Source: an uncultured Clostridia bacterium
GTDB lineage: Bacteria; Bacillota; Clostridia; Oscillospirales; Acutalibacteraceae
Length of the DNA stretch: 53,006 nt
Direction of reading: 5' to 3'
Assembly (NCBI GenBank): GCA_937912175.1
Contig: CALDOU010000034.1
Coordinates: 1 to 53,006, forward strand
In this document: positions 28,340-38,269 of the stretch, piece by piece
Numbering within the stretch: the first letter of the stretch is position 1
Layout: each line of letters starts with the position of its first letter
Notes under the pieces: generated by a model
The model's input: the letters and a program-made list of their open reading frames with translations, nothing else
Told to the model about the DNA's origin: nothing
Databases searched by the model: none
Made by a program: the position numbers and the translations under genes

Positions 28340-29428
28340 ATGAAAAAACTGTGTTTTGTGTGTTTTAATATTGAAGATATGGGCGGAATAACGAGGGTTA
28401 TGTCTTCGTTGTGTAATGAAATGTGTAAAGATTATGAAATCTCAATTCTTTCCATATGTAATACCGGATTAAAGCCTCACTACGATTTTGATGTTTCTGT
28501 GAAAATACATAAATTGAATAATAATCCCGGCGACCGAGTAAAAAATATAATACTTGGTTCGTTTTTTAAATTGAAAAGATTTTTTAAAGAAAATAAATTT
28601 GATGTAATTTTTATGGAAGGGCATTATATTCCGCCTATAATTTTACCTGTAAAGTTATTTGTTAAGAGTAAGTTTGTTTTTTGTGACCATGGTGCACTCA
28701 GCAACCAACTTAGTGATAAAAAAGCTACATTTTTCAGAAACCTTGGGGCTAAGCTGAGTAATAAAACCGTTGTGCTGACTGAATCCACAAAAAATGAATA
28801 TATAAAAACATTTAAAATACCCGCAAATAAGATTGAAGTTATTGCTAATTTTATTGATGATGGGGTTTTAAAATTTACGGGTGATTATAACGAGAATTCC
28901 AAATTAATACTCTCTTCCGGAAGATTTACTCCGGAAAAAGGTTTTGATATGTTAGTTGATGTTGCTGAAAAAGTGTTTGAAAAAAATCCTGATTGGCAAT
29001 GGCACATTTACGGAGATGGACCTGAATTTGAAAAAGTTAACATTAAAATCAAAAAATTAAATTTAGAAAAAAACATTAAATTAATGGGACTTGCCGATAA
29101 TATGTACAGTAAGTATAAAGATTACGGTATTTTTGTTCTTACCTCATACCGAGAGGGGTTTGCATTGGTACTGTTAGAGGCTAAAGTTAACGCTTTGCCC
29201 GGCGTTAGCTTTGATTGTATTGCCGGACCTTCGGAAATTATTTCAAATGGCGTGGACGGATATTTAATTCCGTGCTATAATATAACGGAAATGTCAAATA
29301 AGATATCTGAATTAATCGAAAATCAAAAACTGAGAATAAGATTTTCCCAAAATTCTCAGATCAATGTTGAAAAATTTGAAAAATCAAAGATAATAGGTAA
29401 ATGGAAACAACTTATAATAAAATTATAA
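28340..29428 (+). CDS. GT-B fold glycosyltransferase (family 4)
   Basis: GGITRV N-terminus and C-terminal SYREGFALVLLEA...DG (E-x7-E region). Confidence 0.85.
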   Translation: MKKLCFVCFNIEDMGGITRVMSSLCNEMCKDYEISILSICNTGLKPHYDFDVSVKIHKLNNNPGDRVKNIILGSFFKLKRFFKENKFDVIFMEGHYIPPIILPVKLFVKSKFVFCDHGALSNQLSDKKATFFRNLGAKLSNKTVVLTESTKNEYIKTFKIPANKIEVIANFIDDGVLKFTGDYNENSKLILSSGRFTPEKGFDMLVDVAEKVFEKNPDWQWHIYGDGPEFEKVNIKIKKLNLEKNIKLMGLADNMYSKYKDYGIFVLTSYREGFALVLLEAKVNALPGVSFDCIAGPSEIISNGVDGYLIPCYNITEMSNKISELIENQKLRIRFSQNSQINVEKFEKSKIIGKWKQLIIKL

Positions 29429-29458
29429 GTGATTATTTATTAAACACGGAGGAACTTA

Positions 29459-30868
29459 ATGAGTTTTGTAACTTTAGCCGATACAAAATATTATGATAAA
29501 CTGAAAAAATTAATATTATTGTTTTTTTCATTAATGCTTATGGGGCGATTTGTAAGTCTTTATTGGATAATGCCCCATGCGGTTGATGGTCTGATTTTTA
29601 TGGGTATATCTGTTTCTTCGTTGTTTTTTGTATTTATGGATTTTATGAATAAAAGAAATATATTAAAAACAGAAAACATAATTTGGCTGATTTTGTTTTT
29701 TTGTTCTTGTGTTATTTCATGTTTAATGTTGATACGTTATGGCTGGGCGGAAAATTTAAAAGCATTGATTTCCATTGCCATAAGTTTATTCTTTTTATAT
29801 CCGTTTACTAAAGTTACCGGTGAGGAAAAAAGCCGTAAAATAATAATTTTATTTCAAAAAGTAATAATTATTTTCTGGTTGTTTTTTGCTTTGATTTCTA
29901 TTGGAACTTTTTTTATTCAGTATTCCAATATTTTTTACATGCATGGTACGCGCATACTTTTAGGATGCATTGAAAATCGTCTTTTCGGAATGTTTTCCGA
30001 TCCTAATTATGCGTCTGTGGTTTCTATTTTGACTATGATTTTTTCTGTGGCCATTCTTAATTATGAAAATCAAAGAAAATGGATGCGTGTTGTATGTATT
30101 GTTAATATTGTAATTCAATTTTTCTATATAGTTCTGGGCGCTTCAAGAACAGGTGAAGTGTGTTTGCTTTTGGTTGTTTTTTTTGCGGGCATCGTTTATA
30201 GCTATCGTTTAAAACCCAAAGACAAATTTTATTGGATATTTGTTCGTATTATAGCCGCTTTATGTTTGTGCGTGGTGGTTCATTACGCAATTGAATATAT
30301 TAGGATGTTATTTTCTTATATTCCGTCATTTTTTGAACCGCTTTTTAAAAATTATGCAGACGGTAATGAAAAAAATAAATTTATTCTTCATAAAATTTCT
30401 ATGGAAAGACCGGACGTGGAACAAAGTAGTGATATATCAAATTTAAGGTTCAGAATTTGGTCCAGCGCAATAGATATTTTTAAAACATCGTGGGTATTTG
30501 GTGCTTCTCCCAGAAACGCACTTGTTTATGCAAAAGATGTTTTGCCGGAAGCTTTCATAGTAAAACGCGGATATGATGCTCATAATTTTTATGTTGCGAC
30601 ATTGTTATATACTGGTGTAAGCGGAGCATTTTTACTGGGATTTTTCTTAATTAAGTCGGCATTTAATATTATAAAATACTATGTGAAAAATAATTTTAAA
30701 GTTAATGATGTTTTTTTTAACTCTTTGGTTATTTCTGCTCTTTGTGTAGCGGCTTCGGGAATGTTTGTTTCTGAAATTCTTTTTATTACCACAGTCGGCT
30801 CATTTGTTTTTTGGCTGTTTTTGGGATATATTATGAATGCTATCAATAAGTCTTCAACTAAATCTTAA
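29459..30868 (+). CDS. O-antigen ligase/polymerase-like (Wzy-type) polytopic membrane protein
   Basis: About 10-12 TM helices with a large loop containing SRTGEV and HNFYV. Position in the glycan locus fits. Confidence 0.7.
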   Translation: MSFVTLADTKYYDKLKKLILLFFSLMLMGRFVSLYWIMPHAVDGLIFMGISVSSLFFVFMDFMNKRNILKTENIIWLILFFCSCVISCLMLIRYGWAENLKALISIAISLFFLYPFTKVTGEEKSRKIIILFQKVIIIFWLFFALISIGTFFIQYSNIFYMHGTRILLGCIENRLFGMFSDPNYASVVSILTMIFSVAILNYENQRKWMRVVCIVNIVIQFFYIVLGASRTGEVCLLLVVFFAGIVYSYRLKPKDKFYWIFVRIIAALCLCVVVHYAIEYIRMLFSYIPSFFEPLFKNYADGNEKNKFILHKISMERPDVEQSSDISNLRFRIWSSAIDIFKTSWVFGASPRNALVYAKDVLPEAFIVKRGYDAHNFYVATLLYTGVSGAFLLGFFLIKSAFNIIKYYVKNNFKVNDVFFNSLVISALCVAASGMFVSEILFITTVGSFVFWLFLGYIMNAINKSSTKS

Positions 30869-30882
30869 GGACAGGTAAAAAT

Positions 30883-32472
30883 ATGAGAACAAAAAATTCT
30901 TTGATTAATATATTTGTAAGTTGTTTATCTTACGGCATAATTATGGTGGGTTCGTTTGTAACCCGTCAGCTTTTTGCCAGAATTTTAGGATTGGAAATAG
31001 TGGGAATCGAAGGTGCGTTTTTAAACGTGGTTTCTGCTCTTGCAATCGTAGAATTGGGGCTTGGAGTTGGAATAGTGTACAAGCTTTACAAACCCATTGC
31101 GGAAGAAAATTGGGAACAAGTTGCAATCATTTTAGGCTTTTTGCGTAAATGTTATATTGTAATTGCTTCTGTAGTAGGGGCTTTGGGTTTGATTTTATCT
31201 TATTTTGTAGTTATGCCTATAAAAGAGGATTTTTCAAAAATTTGGCTTGCACAAATATTTATGCTCTATGTCATTGACGTGGTGGCGTCTTATTTATATT
31301 CTCATAAAAGAGCAATGTTTATTGCCGACCAAAAAAATTATGTGAATAATATTATACATATAGTGGCTCAAATTTTATTATTTGTTTCTCAAATAGCTGT
31401 TTTAAAGTTGTTTGCTTCTTTTGAAGCCTACCTTATTTGTAAAATAGTTTTTCGCCTTGCGGAAAATATAATTATTTCATGTCGTTTTGATAAGAAATAT
31501 AGTTTTATAAATTTAAAAATAAAAAAGAAAATGCCGGATATAGAAAAGAAAGAGCTTTTTAAAAATATAAAGGCGTTGTTATTGCATAAAATTTCGGGAT
31601 TTGGAACGACTACCGTTTCAAGCTTGATAATTGTATATTTTGTAAGTCTTAGGGAAAACGGTATTTATTGTAACTATATGCTCATTGTTATGGCTTTAAC
31701 AACGGTAACAAATGAAATTTTTAACGGAGTTTTGGCGAGTTTCGGAAATCTCTTAAGTACTTCAAGCCGTAAAAAAGTTTTTGATAATTTTAATACTTTA
31801 TATTTTTTGAATTTTATACTTTATTCTTTCATCACAACGGCATTTATGTGTTTAGCCACACCTTTTATAGGATTATGGATAGGTGAAAATTCTGCGTTTA
31901 ATATTTTAACAACCATTTCTCTTGCTTCTTATTTATATATTTACGGTATGCGCCAGTCAATCGGTATGGCGAAAGTTAGTGCGGGAATATATGATCAGGA
32001 TAAATATTTAGCGGTTATAGGCGCTTTAATAACATTTGCTTCTTCATGGCTTTTGGTAACTCCTTTGGGAATTATCGGGGTAATGATTGGTAATGTTATA
32101 GGTATTATGGCGATTCCTTACTGGGTTCAACCGTACCTTGTTTATGATGGTATATTTAAAACATCCGTAAAATCTTATCACTATAAATTTTTGATGTATA
32201 CTGTTTTAACTGTAGTATATGTGTGTATTTCTTACATTGTATGTAATTGGATTTGCTGTAATTCTAATGTGATTTATTGGATTTCCGAAAAAATTTCTGC
32301 TTTGATTCATATTAAGAACAATACATCTAAGCTTATATCTCAAATATTTGTGAATAGTTTGGTGTGTCTTGTAATACCTAATGTTTTAAATATAATTTTA
32401 TTTAGCAGAACGCAGGAATATAAAGATTTACGGCGGGTAGCAAAATCATTTTTGCGTAGAGTCAAAAGATAA
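30883..32472 (+). CDS. Wzx-type polysaccharide flippase (MOP/PST family)
   Basis: About 14 TM helices. The N-terminus (KNSLINIFVS...FVTRQLFARILG.E..G) is typical of PST flippases. Confidence 0.75.
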   Translation: MRTKNSLINIFVSCLSYGIIMVGSFVTRQLFARILGLEIVGIEGAFLNVVSALAIVELGLGVGIVYKLYKPIAEENWEQVAIILGFLRKCYIVIASVVGALGLILSYFVVMPIKEDFSKIWLAQIFMLYVIDVVASYLYSHKRAMFIADQKNYVNNIIHIVAQILLFVSQIAVLKLFASFEAYLICKIVFRLAENIIISCRFDKKYSFINLKIKKKMPDIEKKELFKNIKALLLHKISGFGTTTVSSLIIVYFVSLRENGIYCNYMLIVMALTTVTNEIFNGVLASFGNLLSTSSRKKVFDNFNTLYFLNFILYSFITTAFMCLATPFIGLWIGENSAFNILTTISLASYLYIYGMRQSIGMAKVSAGIYDQDKYLAVIGALITFASSWLLVTPLGIIGVMIGNVIGIMAIPYWVQPYLVYDGIFKTSVKSYHYKFLMYTVLTVVYVCISYIVCNWICCNSNVIYWISEKISALIHIKNNTSKLISQIFVNSLVCLVIPNVLNIILFSRTQEYKDLRRVAKSFLRRVKR

Positions 32473-32496
32473 TAAGCGAGGTGATTAAATTTAAAT

Positions 32497-34146
32497 ATGT
32501 TTTTTGCTGTGTTTTTATATTCAATTCAAATAATACTACCGTTTTTAGGAATACTAATTATTTATTATTGTTTTAGATCGCTTTTCGAAACGTTAAGCCC
32601 CGAATACCCTTTGGTTGCGCTTTATAATCGTGTTACTCGTGAAAAAATCCCTATTATTTACTGGGAAAATTCTTTAGGAAGAGATAAACATTGTGATGTA
32701 GTGGTGGATAGCCCGACGGCATCGCGTGACCATGCGGTTTTTTGCCGAAGAAACGAAGGCTGGATAATATCCGATACCAACTCTAAAGGCGGTGTGTTTT
32801 TAAATGGTGAACGTATTGAAAACAGTGAAAAAGTATATATAGATGATGTAATACAAATCGGTGGAATAGATTACGAATTACATAAAGCGGATATTCTTCG
32901 TTCAAATAAAAAAAACACCTTAAGAAAGCAAAAAATTCATTCTTATTCCGGTGTTTCTATTTTGATATTAGTAAGTATATTTCAATTTTTAGCTGCTGTT
33001 GGAGCATGTTTTGCAACAGAAACATTTCAATATAATCCTTTGATAATTTTTGGATTTTTATTTGGTGTTACTTGGATAAGTTATTTTATAATAACGTTTG
33101 CGTTTCGTAGGGCAAATTTTGAACTTGAAACATTGGGAATTTTTTTAAGCGGAATAGGAATTATGAATTTATGTACCATTGACATGCAAGAGGCTTATAC
33201 ACAAATTATAGCTTTAAGCGTGGGAATTATATTTTTTAATGTTATTTTGTTTTTTATAAGAGAACCGGATATAGCTATGAAATTCAGGCCCTATATAGCT
33301 GTAGCGGCAGTTTTGCTTTTGGCGGTAAATTTGATTTTTGGTAAAGTGAAAAACGGATCTCAAAATTGGGTAACAGTTGGAGGATTTTCTTTTCAGCCTT
33401 CCGAACTTGTAAAAGTGGCATTTATTTTTTTCGGTACTTCAACTTTGCAAGGAATTCAAACCACAAAAAATTTGACCGGCTTTATAATTTTTTCCGCTTT
33501 ATGTATGGGCGCATTGTTTTTAATGGGTGACTTTGGAACCGCAAGTATATTTTTTATTACTTTTATATTGATTGCATTTATGCGTTCGGGAAGTATAAGA
33601 ACGGTATTTTTAACTTGTGCGGCGGCAGCATTGGGGTTTTTGTTCATTCTTAAGTTTAAACCGTATATAGTGACTCGTTTTTCTGCATGGAGACATGTTT
33701 GGGAACACATTAATGATACCGGATATCAGCAAACAAGAGTTTTAACGTATTCTGCCAGTGGTGGATTGCTTGGATTGGGACTTGGCAAGGGATGTTTAAA
33801 GTATGTTTTTGCCGCTCCGAGCGATCTGGTGTTTGGGATGCTTTGTGAAGAATGGGGTGTTGTTTTGGCACTTCTTGTACTTTTAAGTATTGCTTTTTTG
33901 GGTATTTACGCAAGAAAAGCCAGTATAAAAAGTCGTTCTGCACTTTATTCAATAGCATCTTGCTGTGCTGCGGGGATGATAGTTTTCCAAATGATGATGA
34001 ATGTTTTTGGAGTGGTTGATATTTTCCCGCTTACGGGAGTTACTCTTCCGTTTATAAGCTTGGGAGGGTCAAGTTTAATTTCAGTATGGGGTTTATTGGC
34101 GTTTATTAAAGCTTCTGACGAACGGACATACGGGCTGAAACGATAG
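32497..34146 (+). CDS. FHA domain fused to SEDS-family peptidoglycan glycosyltransferase (FtsW/RodA/SpoVE)
   Basis: N-terminal TM, then FHA (LGRDKHCDVVVDSPTASRDHAVF...SDTNSKGGVFLNGERI), then the SEDS core (FQPSELVK, GDFGTA, DLVFGMLCEEWG, PLTGVTLPFISLGGSS). Confidence 0.88.
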   Translation: MFFAVFLYSIQIILPFLGILIIYYCFRSLFETLSPEYPLVALYNRVTREKIPIIYWENSLGRDKHCDVVVDSPTASRDHAVFCRRNEGWIISDTNSKGGVFLNGERIENSEKVYIDDVIQIGGIDYELHKADILRSNKKNTLRKQKIHSYSGVSILILVSIFQFLAAVGACFATETFQYNPLIIFGFLFGVTWISYFIITFAFRRANFELETLGIFLSGIGIMNLCTIDMQEAYTQIIALSVGIIFFNVILFFIREPDIAMKFRPYIAVAAVLLLAVNLIFGKVKNGSQNWVTVGGFSFQPSELVKVAFIFFGTSTLQGIQTTKNLTGFIIFSALCMGALFLMGDFGTASIFFITFILIAFMRSGSIRTVFLTCAAAALGFLFILKFKPYIVTRFSAWRHVWEHINDTGYQQTRVLTYSASGGLLGLGLGKGCLKYVFAAPSDLVFGMLCEEWGVVLALLVLLSIAFLGIYARKASIKSRSALYSIASCCAAGMIVFQMMMNVFGVVDIFPLTGVTLPFISLGGSSLISVWGLLAFIKASDERTYGLKR

Positions 34147-34194
34147 ATGGTATAAAATTGTTGAAAAGTAAATGCGGAAAGGGGGACATGAAAA

Positions 34195-35586
34195 TTGAAA
34201 AGGACAAAATTGAGGTCAATAACCATTTATATAATTATATTCATGTTTTTTGCCGGAATAAGTTTTTTTATTTTTGAATTTGTAACAAAATCGAATTCAT
34301 GGGCGTTTTCACCTATTAACAGGCACCTTTCGGAAAATTCGATGTCCGGTGGAAAAATATTGGATGTGAATGATGTCATATTGGCGCAAACTTTAGATGG
34401 TAAACGAGTATACAATGAAGACGAAAATATAAGAAAAGCTATGCTTCATACTGTTGGCGACGGTTCTGTTTTAATACCCACCTCCGTACAAAGCCGATAT
34501 AGCACCGAACTTTTTGGGTACAATCCCATAACCGGTTTTGGCGCACCTAAAATATTGAACATGAGTCAAAATATAAAGCTAACTCTCGACAGTAAAGTTT
34601 GCGGTGTTGTTTCAAAAAGCTTTAAAGATAAAAAAGGCGCTGCAATAGCTTATAACTATTTAACCGGAGAAGTGCTTTGCATGGTGAGTTTACCGACATA
34701 TGATGTAAACAACCGCCCGGATTTGTCGAAGGAAGATAGTGAAAAATATGATGGAGTATATATTAACAGAGCTATTTCGTCATCTTTTACTCCCGGTTCA
34801 ATATTTAAAATTTTTACTACTGCCGCAGGACTTGATTTAATAGGCGATGTGGAAAGACGTACTTTTAACTGCAACAAGGTAAAAATTGTTGACGGCGAAA
34901 AAGTAACGTGTATGAGTAAGCATGGAGATATAGACTTAAAAAACGCACTTTCAAAATCATGTGATATAGTTTTTAGTGATATTGCAATTGAACTCGGAAA
35001 AGTAAAAATGAAATCAAAAATGGAAGAATTTGGGTTTAATCAGCCTCAGTATTTAGACGGAATTGAAATTGCTCATAGTGAATATGATGTTGATAATGCT
35101 TCAAAAGCGGATTTGGGTTGGTCCGGAATCGGACAGTACACAGATAAAGTAAATCCTTTACATATGTTGAGGGTAATGGGGGCAATCGCAAATCAAGGTA
35201 CTCCGATCGAACCAAAAATTATAAAATCGGTATCTTCGGATTTATCTTTTTCTTCTATAATTCCTCCCAAAAAATCCAGCAAACAACTGATGAACTTTGC
35301 TACTGCAAATAAACTTAAAGAAATGATGCGTTATACCATGAAAAATCAATATGGCGATTCACTTTTTGGGGGCATTCCAATGTGTGCAAAAACAGGTACG
35401 GCCGAAGTGGGAGAGGGCAAATTACCTCATGGTTGGATGGTCGGATTTTCGTATGATAAAAATTTTCCTGTGGCTTTTTCCGTTGTAGTGGAAAATGGCG
35501 ATTTCGGAATAAAATCAGCCGGCCCAATTGCTTCAATTTTAGTTAAAAATTTGCATGAAAATTTTTCGGCTAATAAATATGTTTAA
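34195..35586 (+). CDS. Class-B penicillin-binding protein (transpeptidase, PbpA-like, short form)
   Basis: N-terminal TM, SxxK (TPGSIFK), SxN (SKSCD) and KTG (AKTGTAE). TTG start 8 nt after AAAGGGGGA. Confidence 0.88.
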   Translation: MKRTKLRSITIYIIIFMFFAGISFFIFEFVTKSNSWAFSPINRHLSENSMSGGKILDVNDVILAQTLDGKRVYNEDENIRKAMLHTVGDGSVLIPTSVQSRYSTELFGYNPITGFGAPKILNMSQNIKLTLDSKVCGVVSKSFKDKKGAAIAYNYLTGEVLCMVSLPTYDVNNRPDLSKEDSEKYDGVYINRAISSSFTPGSIFKIFTTAAGLDLIGDVERRTFNCNKVKIVDGEKVTCMSKHGDIDLKNALSKSCDIVFSDIAIELGKVKMKSKMEEFGFNQPQYLDGIEIAHSEYDVDNASKADLGWSGIGQYTDKVNPLHMLRVMGAIANQGTPIEPKIIKSVSSDLSFSSIIPPKKSSKQLMNFATANKLKEMMRYTMKNQYGDSLFGGIPMCAKTGTAEVGEGKLPHGWMVGFSYDKNFPVAFSVVVENGDFGIKSAGPIASILVKNLHENFSANKYV

Positions 35587-35620
35587 GAAATGAGTGTAAT
35601 TTAACAAAGGGGTAAAACAC

Positions 35621-36160
35621 ATGAAAAATGAAATAATAACTCAAAGGTTGGTTCTTCGCCCCTGGAAAGAAACTGATGCAGAGAGTTTATATGAATATGC
35701 AAAAGATCCGTCTGTTGGGCCTGTCGCAGGATGGCCGGTTCATACAAGTGTTGAAAATAGCCTTGATATTATCAAAAATGTGCTATCTGCGGATGAAACA
35801 TATGCGGTATGTTTAAAAAAAGATAATTGTGCCATTGGAAGTATAAGTTTAGTGTCTCCTCGTACAACGGCAAGTGCTACTGAAGTTGAAGTGGGATTTT
35901 GGATTGGTGTGCCGTTTTGGGGAAACGGATATATCCCGGAAGCAGTACGGGCATTGCAAAAGCACGCTTTTGAAGACTTGGGCTATACTGCAATGTGGTC
36001 GGGTTATTATGATGGAAACGAGAAATCCAAACGTTGTCAAGAAAAATGCGGTTTTAAATTTCATCATACCGATGAAAATAAACCTTGTGTTTTAATGGGA
36101 GATGTCAGAACTGAACATTTTACTTATATTACAAAAGAGGAATGGCAAAAAAATAATTAA
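35621..36160 (+). CDS. GNAT-family N-acetyltransferase (RimJ/RimL-like)
   Basis: ITQRLVLRPW..DAE.LYEYA N-terminus, GFWIG..FWGNGY..EA acetyl-CoA region. Confidence 0.85.
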   Translation: MKNEIITQRLVLRPWKETDAESLYEYAKDPSVGPVAGWPVHTSVENSLDIIKNVLSADETYAVCLKKDNCAIGSISLVSPRTTASATEVEVGFWIGVPFWGNGYIPEAVRALQKHAFEDLGYTAMWSGYYDGNEKSKRCQEKCGFKFHHTDENKPCVLMGDVRTEHFTYITKEEWQKNN

Positions 36161-36353
36161 ATCCGTCGTATTACGCACTATATATTGAATTGGCTGTAAA
36201 TGACTTTGCTGTATTTTTGTTTAATGAATTGAAAAATTATTGATGGTTTTTGATTAATGTAGTGAAATTGTTTTTATTTAAAAAACTTGACTAATTTGTT
36301 TATTTGAGATAGCATAATCATTGAAAAGATATTTTATTTAAGGAGGATGTTTT

Positions 36354-37259
36354 ATGAGTGAATATGTATTGGAAACGCAGGACCTTACTAAAACTTATAA
36401 GCGTAAAAACGCTGTAGATCATGTAAACCTTAAAATTCGTAAAGGCGATATTTATGGATTTATCGGTAAAAATGGTGCGGGAAAAACAACCACAATTAAA
36501 ATGATTGTCGGTTTGAATAATCCCACATCCGGCAGTTTTAAACTTTTCGGAAGTGAAAACGTTCAAGACGGACGTAAAAAAATAGGTACCGTTATTGAAA
36601 ACCCTGCTATTTATCCTTATTTAAGCGCAAGACAAAATATTGAAGTTCAGCGTATATTAAAAGGGGTAAAAGATAAAAGTGTTACCGATGACCTTTTGAA
36701 TATTGTTGGACTGAGTGATACAGGTAGAAAAAAAGCTAAAAATTTTTCTTTGGGAATGAAACAAAGACTGGGAATAGCGTTATCTTTGGTGGGCGATCCC
36801 GAATTTTTACTTTTGGATGAACCTATTAACGGTCTTGACCCAACAGGTATTAAGGATATAAGAGAGCTGATTTTGAAATTAAATAAGGAAGCGGGAATTA
36901 CAATTTTAATTTCCAGCCATATTTTAGGTGAATTGGCAAAAATATCCACTGCTTATGGAGTAATTTCCGATGGTGCTCTGATTGATCAGTTTACCTCAGA
37001 GGAGTTAAGAGAAAAAGTTAAGCCTTCCATTAAAATAATTGTTAATGACCCTGAAAAAGCGGTTGATGTACTTAAAAATCAATTGGGAATAAACGATTTG
37101 GATTGCAAAGATAATTGCATATATATTTATGAACAACTTGATAAGTTAGTTGAGATAAATAATGTCATGGAGAAAAATGAAGTAATAGTTCAATTTTTGA
37201 GTAAAGAAGAAGGGGACTATGAAAATTACTTTATTAAATTAATGGAAGGGGAGAAATAA
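36354..37259 (+). CDS. ABC transporter ATP-binding protein (ABC-2/antimicrobial-peptide-exporter-like)
   Basis: Walker A GKNGAGKTT, Q-loop, signature FSLGMKQR, Walker B LLLDEP, H-loop SSHIL. Confidence 0.92.
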   Translation: MSEYVLETQDLTKTYKRKNAVDHVNLKIRKGDIYGFIGKNGAGKTTTIKMIVGLNNPTSGSFKLFGSENVQDGRKKIGTVIENPAIYPYLSARQNIEVQRILKGVKDKSVTDDLLNIVGLSDTGRKKAKNFSLGMKQRLGIALSLVGDPEFLLLDEPINGLDPTGIKDIRELILKLNKEAGITILISSHILGELAKISTAYGVISDGALIDQFTSEELREKVKPSIKIIVNDPEKAVDVLKNQLGINDLDCKDNCIYIYEQLDKLVEINNVMEKNEVIVQFLSKEEGDYENYFIKLMEGEK

Positions 37260-37261
37260 TA

Positions 37262-38041
37262 ATGATTAATTTGTTGAAATCCGATTTTTATAAATTATTC
37301 AGGATTAAATCGTTTTATATTTGTGGAATTTTGGCGTCATTATTATCTGTTTTGGGCGTTATATTACTTAATACAGCAATAAATTCAGAATTGGGAATAA
37401 ATGCTTCAGTGCTTGGATATGACGGAATTTTCGCTTTGGTTACCGGTACCGGACAAGCAACGTTATTTATTACAATTATGAATTCGATTTTTATTCCAAG
37501 TGAATTTTCTCACGGAACTATTAAAAATATTGCTTCCAGAGGAATTGAAAGATATCAAATTTACTTATCCAAAATAATTATTGGAATTTTTGTTTCCGTT
37601 ACTTATATTATTCTTTGCGCCGGATGTTCTTTTACAATGGGAAGCATAATGTGGGGAACAGGAGAACTTACAAGAAGCACCTATTTGGATATTTTTAAGA
37701 TGTTAGGGTTGTTTTTAGTTGCAGAAATCGCTCTTCAATCTCTCTTTATGATGTTTGGATTTATGATAAGACACACCGGAGGGACTGCTTTTACAAATTT
37801 AGGAATAACCATATTGTTCCCTTCACTTATTATTCCGGTAGTTAACTTTGGACTTAAAGAATGGTGTAAATTAGAAAATTTTGATATAGCAAAATATTGG
37901 CCTTCAACTTATCTTACAAAATACCTTTCTTTAAGTATTATGCAAGAAGATATTAATGTTGGTCTGATTGTTTCAGGAGCGTTTATCGTAGCCTCTATTG
38001 CTTTGGGAATTTTCTCTTTCTATAGAAGAGATGTAAAATAA
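37262..38041 (+). CDS. ABC-2 type transporter permease
   Basis: Six predicted TM helices. The start is 3 nt after the ATPase stop. Confidence 0.8.
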   Translation: MINLLKSDFYKLFRIKSFYICGILASLLSVLGVILLNTAINSELGINASVLGYDGIFALVTGTGQATLFITIMNSIFIPSEFSHGTIKNIASRGIERYQIYLSKIIIGIFVSVTYIILCAGCSFTMGSIMWGTGELTRSTYLDIFKMLGLFLVAEIALQSLFMMFGFMIRHTGGTAFTNLGITILFPSLIIPVVNFGLKEWCKLENFDIAKYWPSTYLTKYLSLSIMQEDINVGLIVSGAFIVASIALGIFSFYRRDVK

Positions 38042-38061
38042 TAAAATTAAATTGAATTTTG

Positions 38062-38096
38062 AAATCCGATATTCGATGGTGAATATCGGATTTTTG
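38062..38096 (+). terminator. Rho-independent terminator after the ABC operon
   Basis: 13-bp stem aaatccgatattc / gaatatcggattt, followed by a T-run. Confidence 0.75.
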
Positions 38097-38210
38097 TATA
38101 AATAACTGTTAGATTTAAAAACCAAAGATAAAAATGAAAATGGATTGTAAAGCTTGATAGTAGCCAATTAGAGTAAATTAGTATCTGGTGTGAGTACCAT
38201 ATAAATAAAA

Positions 38211-38250
38211 AGCGAGTTGTAATAGCGTATAGTACCTATTACAACTCGCT
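38211..38250 (-). terminator. Rho-independent terminator for the minus-strand peptidase-like gene
   Basis: 14-bp perfect stem agcgagttgtaata / tattacaactcgct. The minus strand continues with ttttattt. Confidence 0.7.
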
Positions 38251-38269
38251 GATTTGTTTTGTTTTAACT

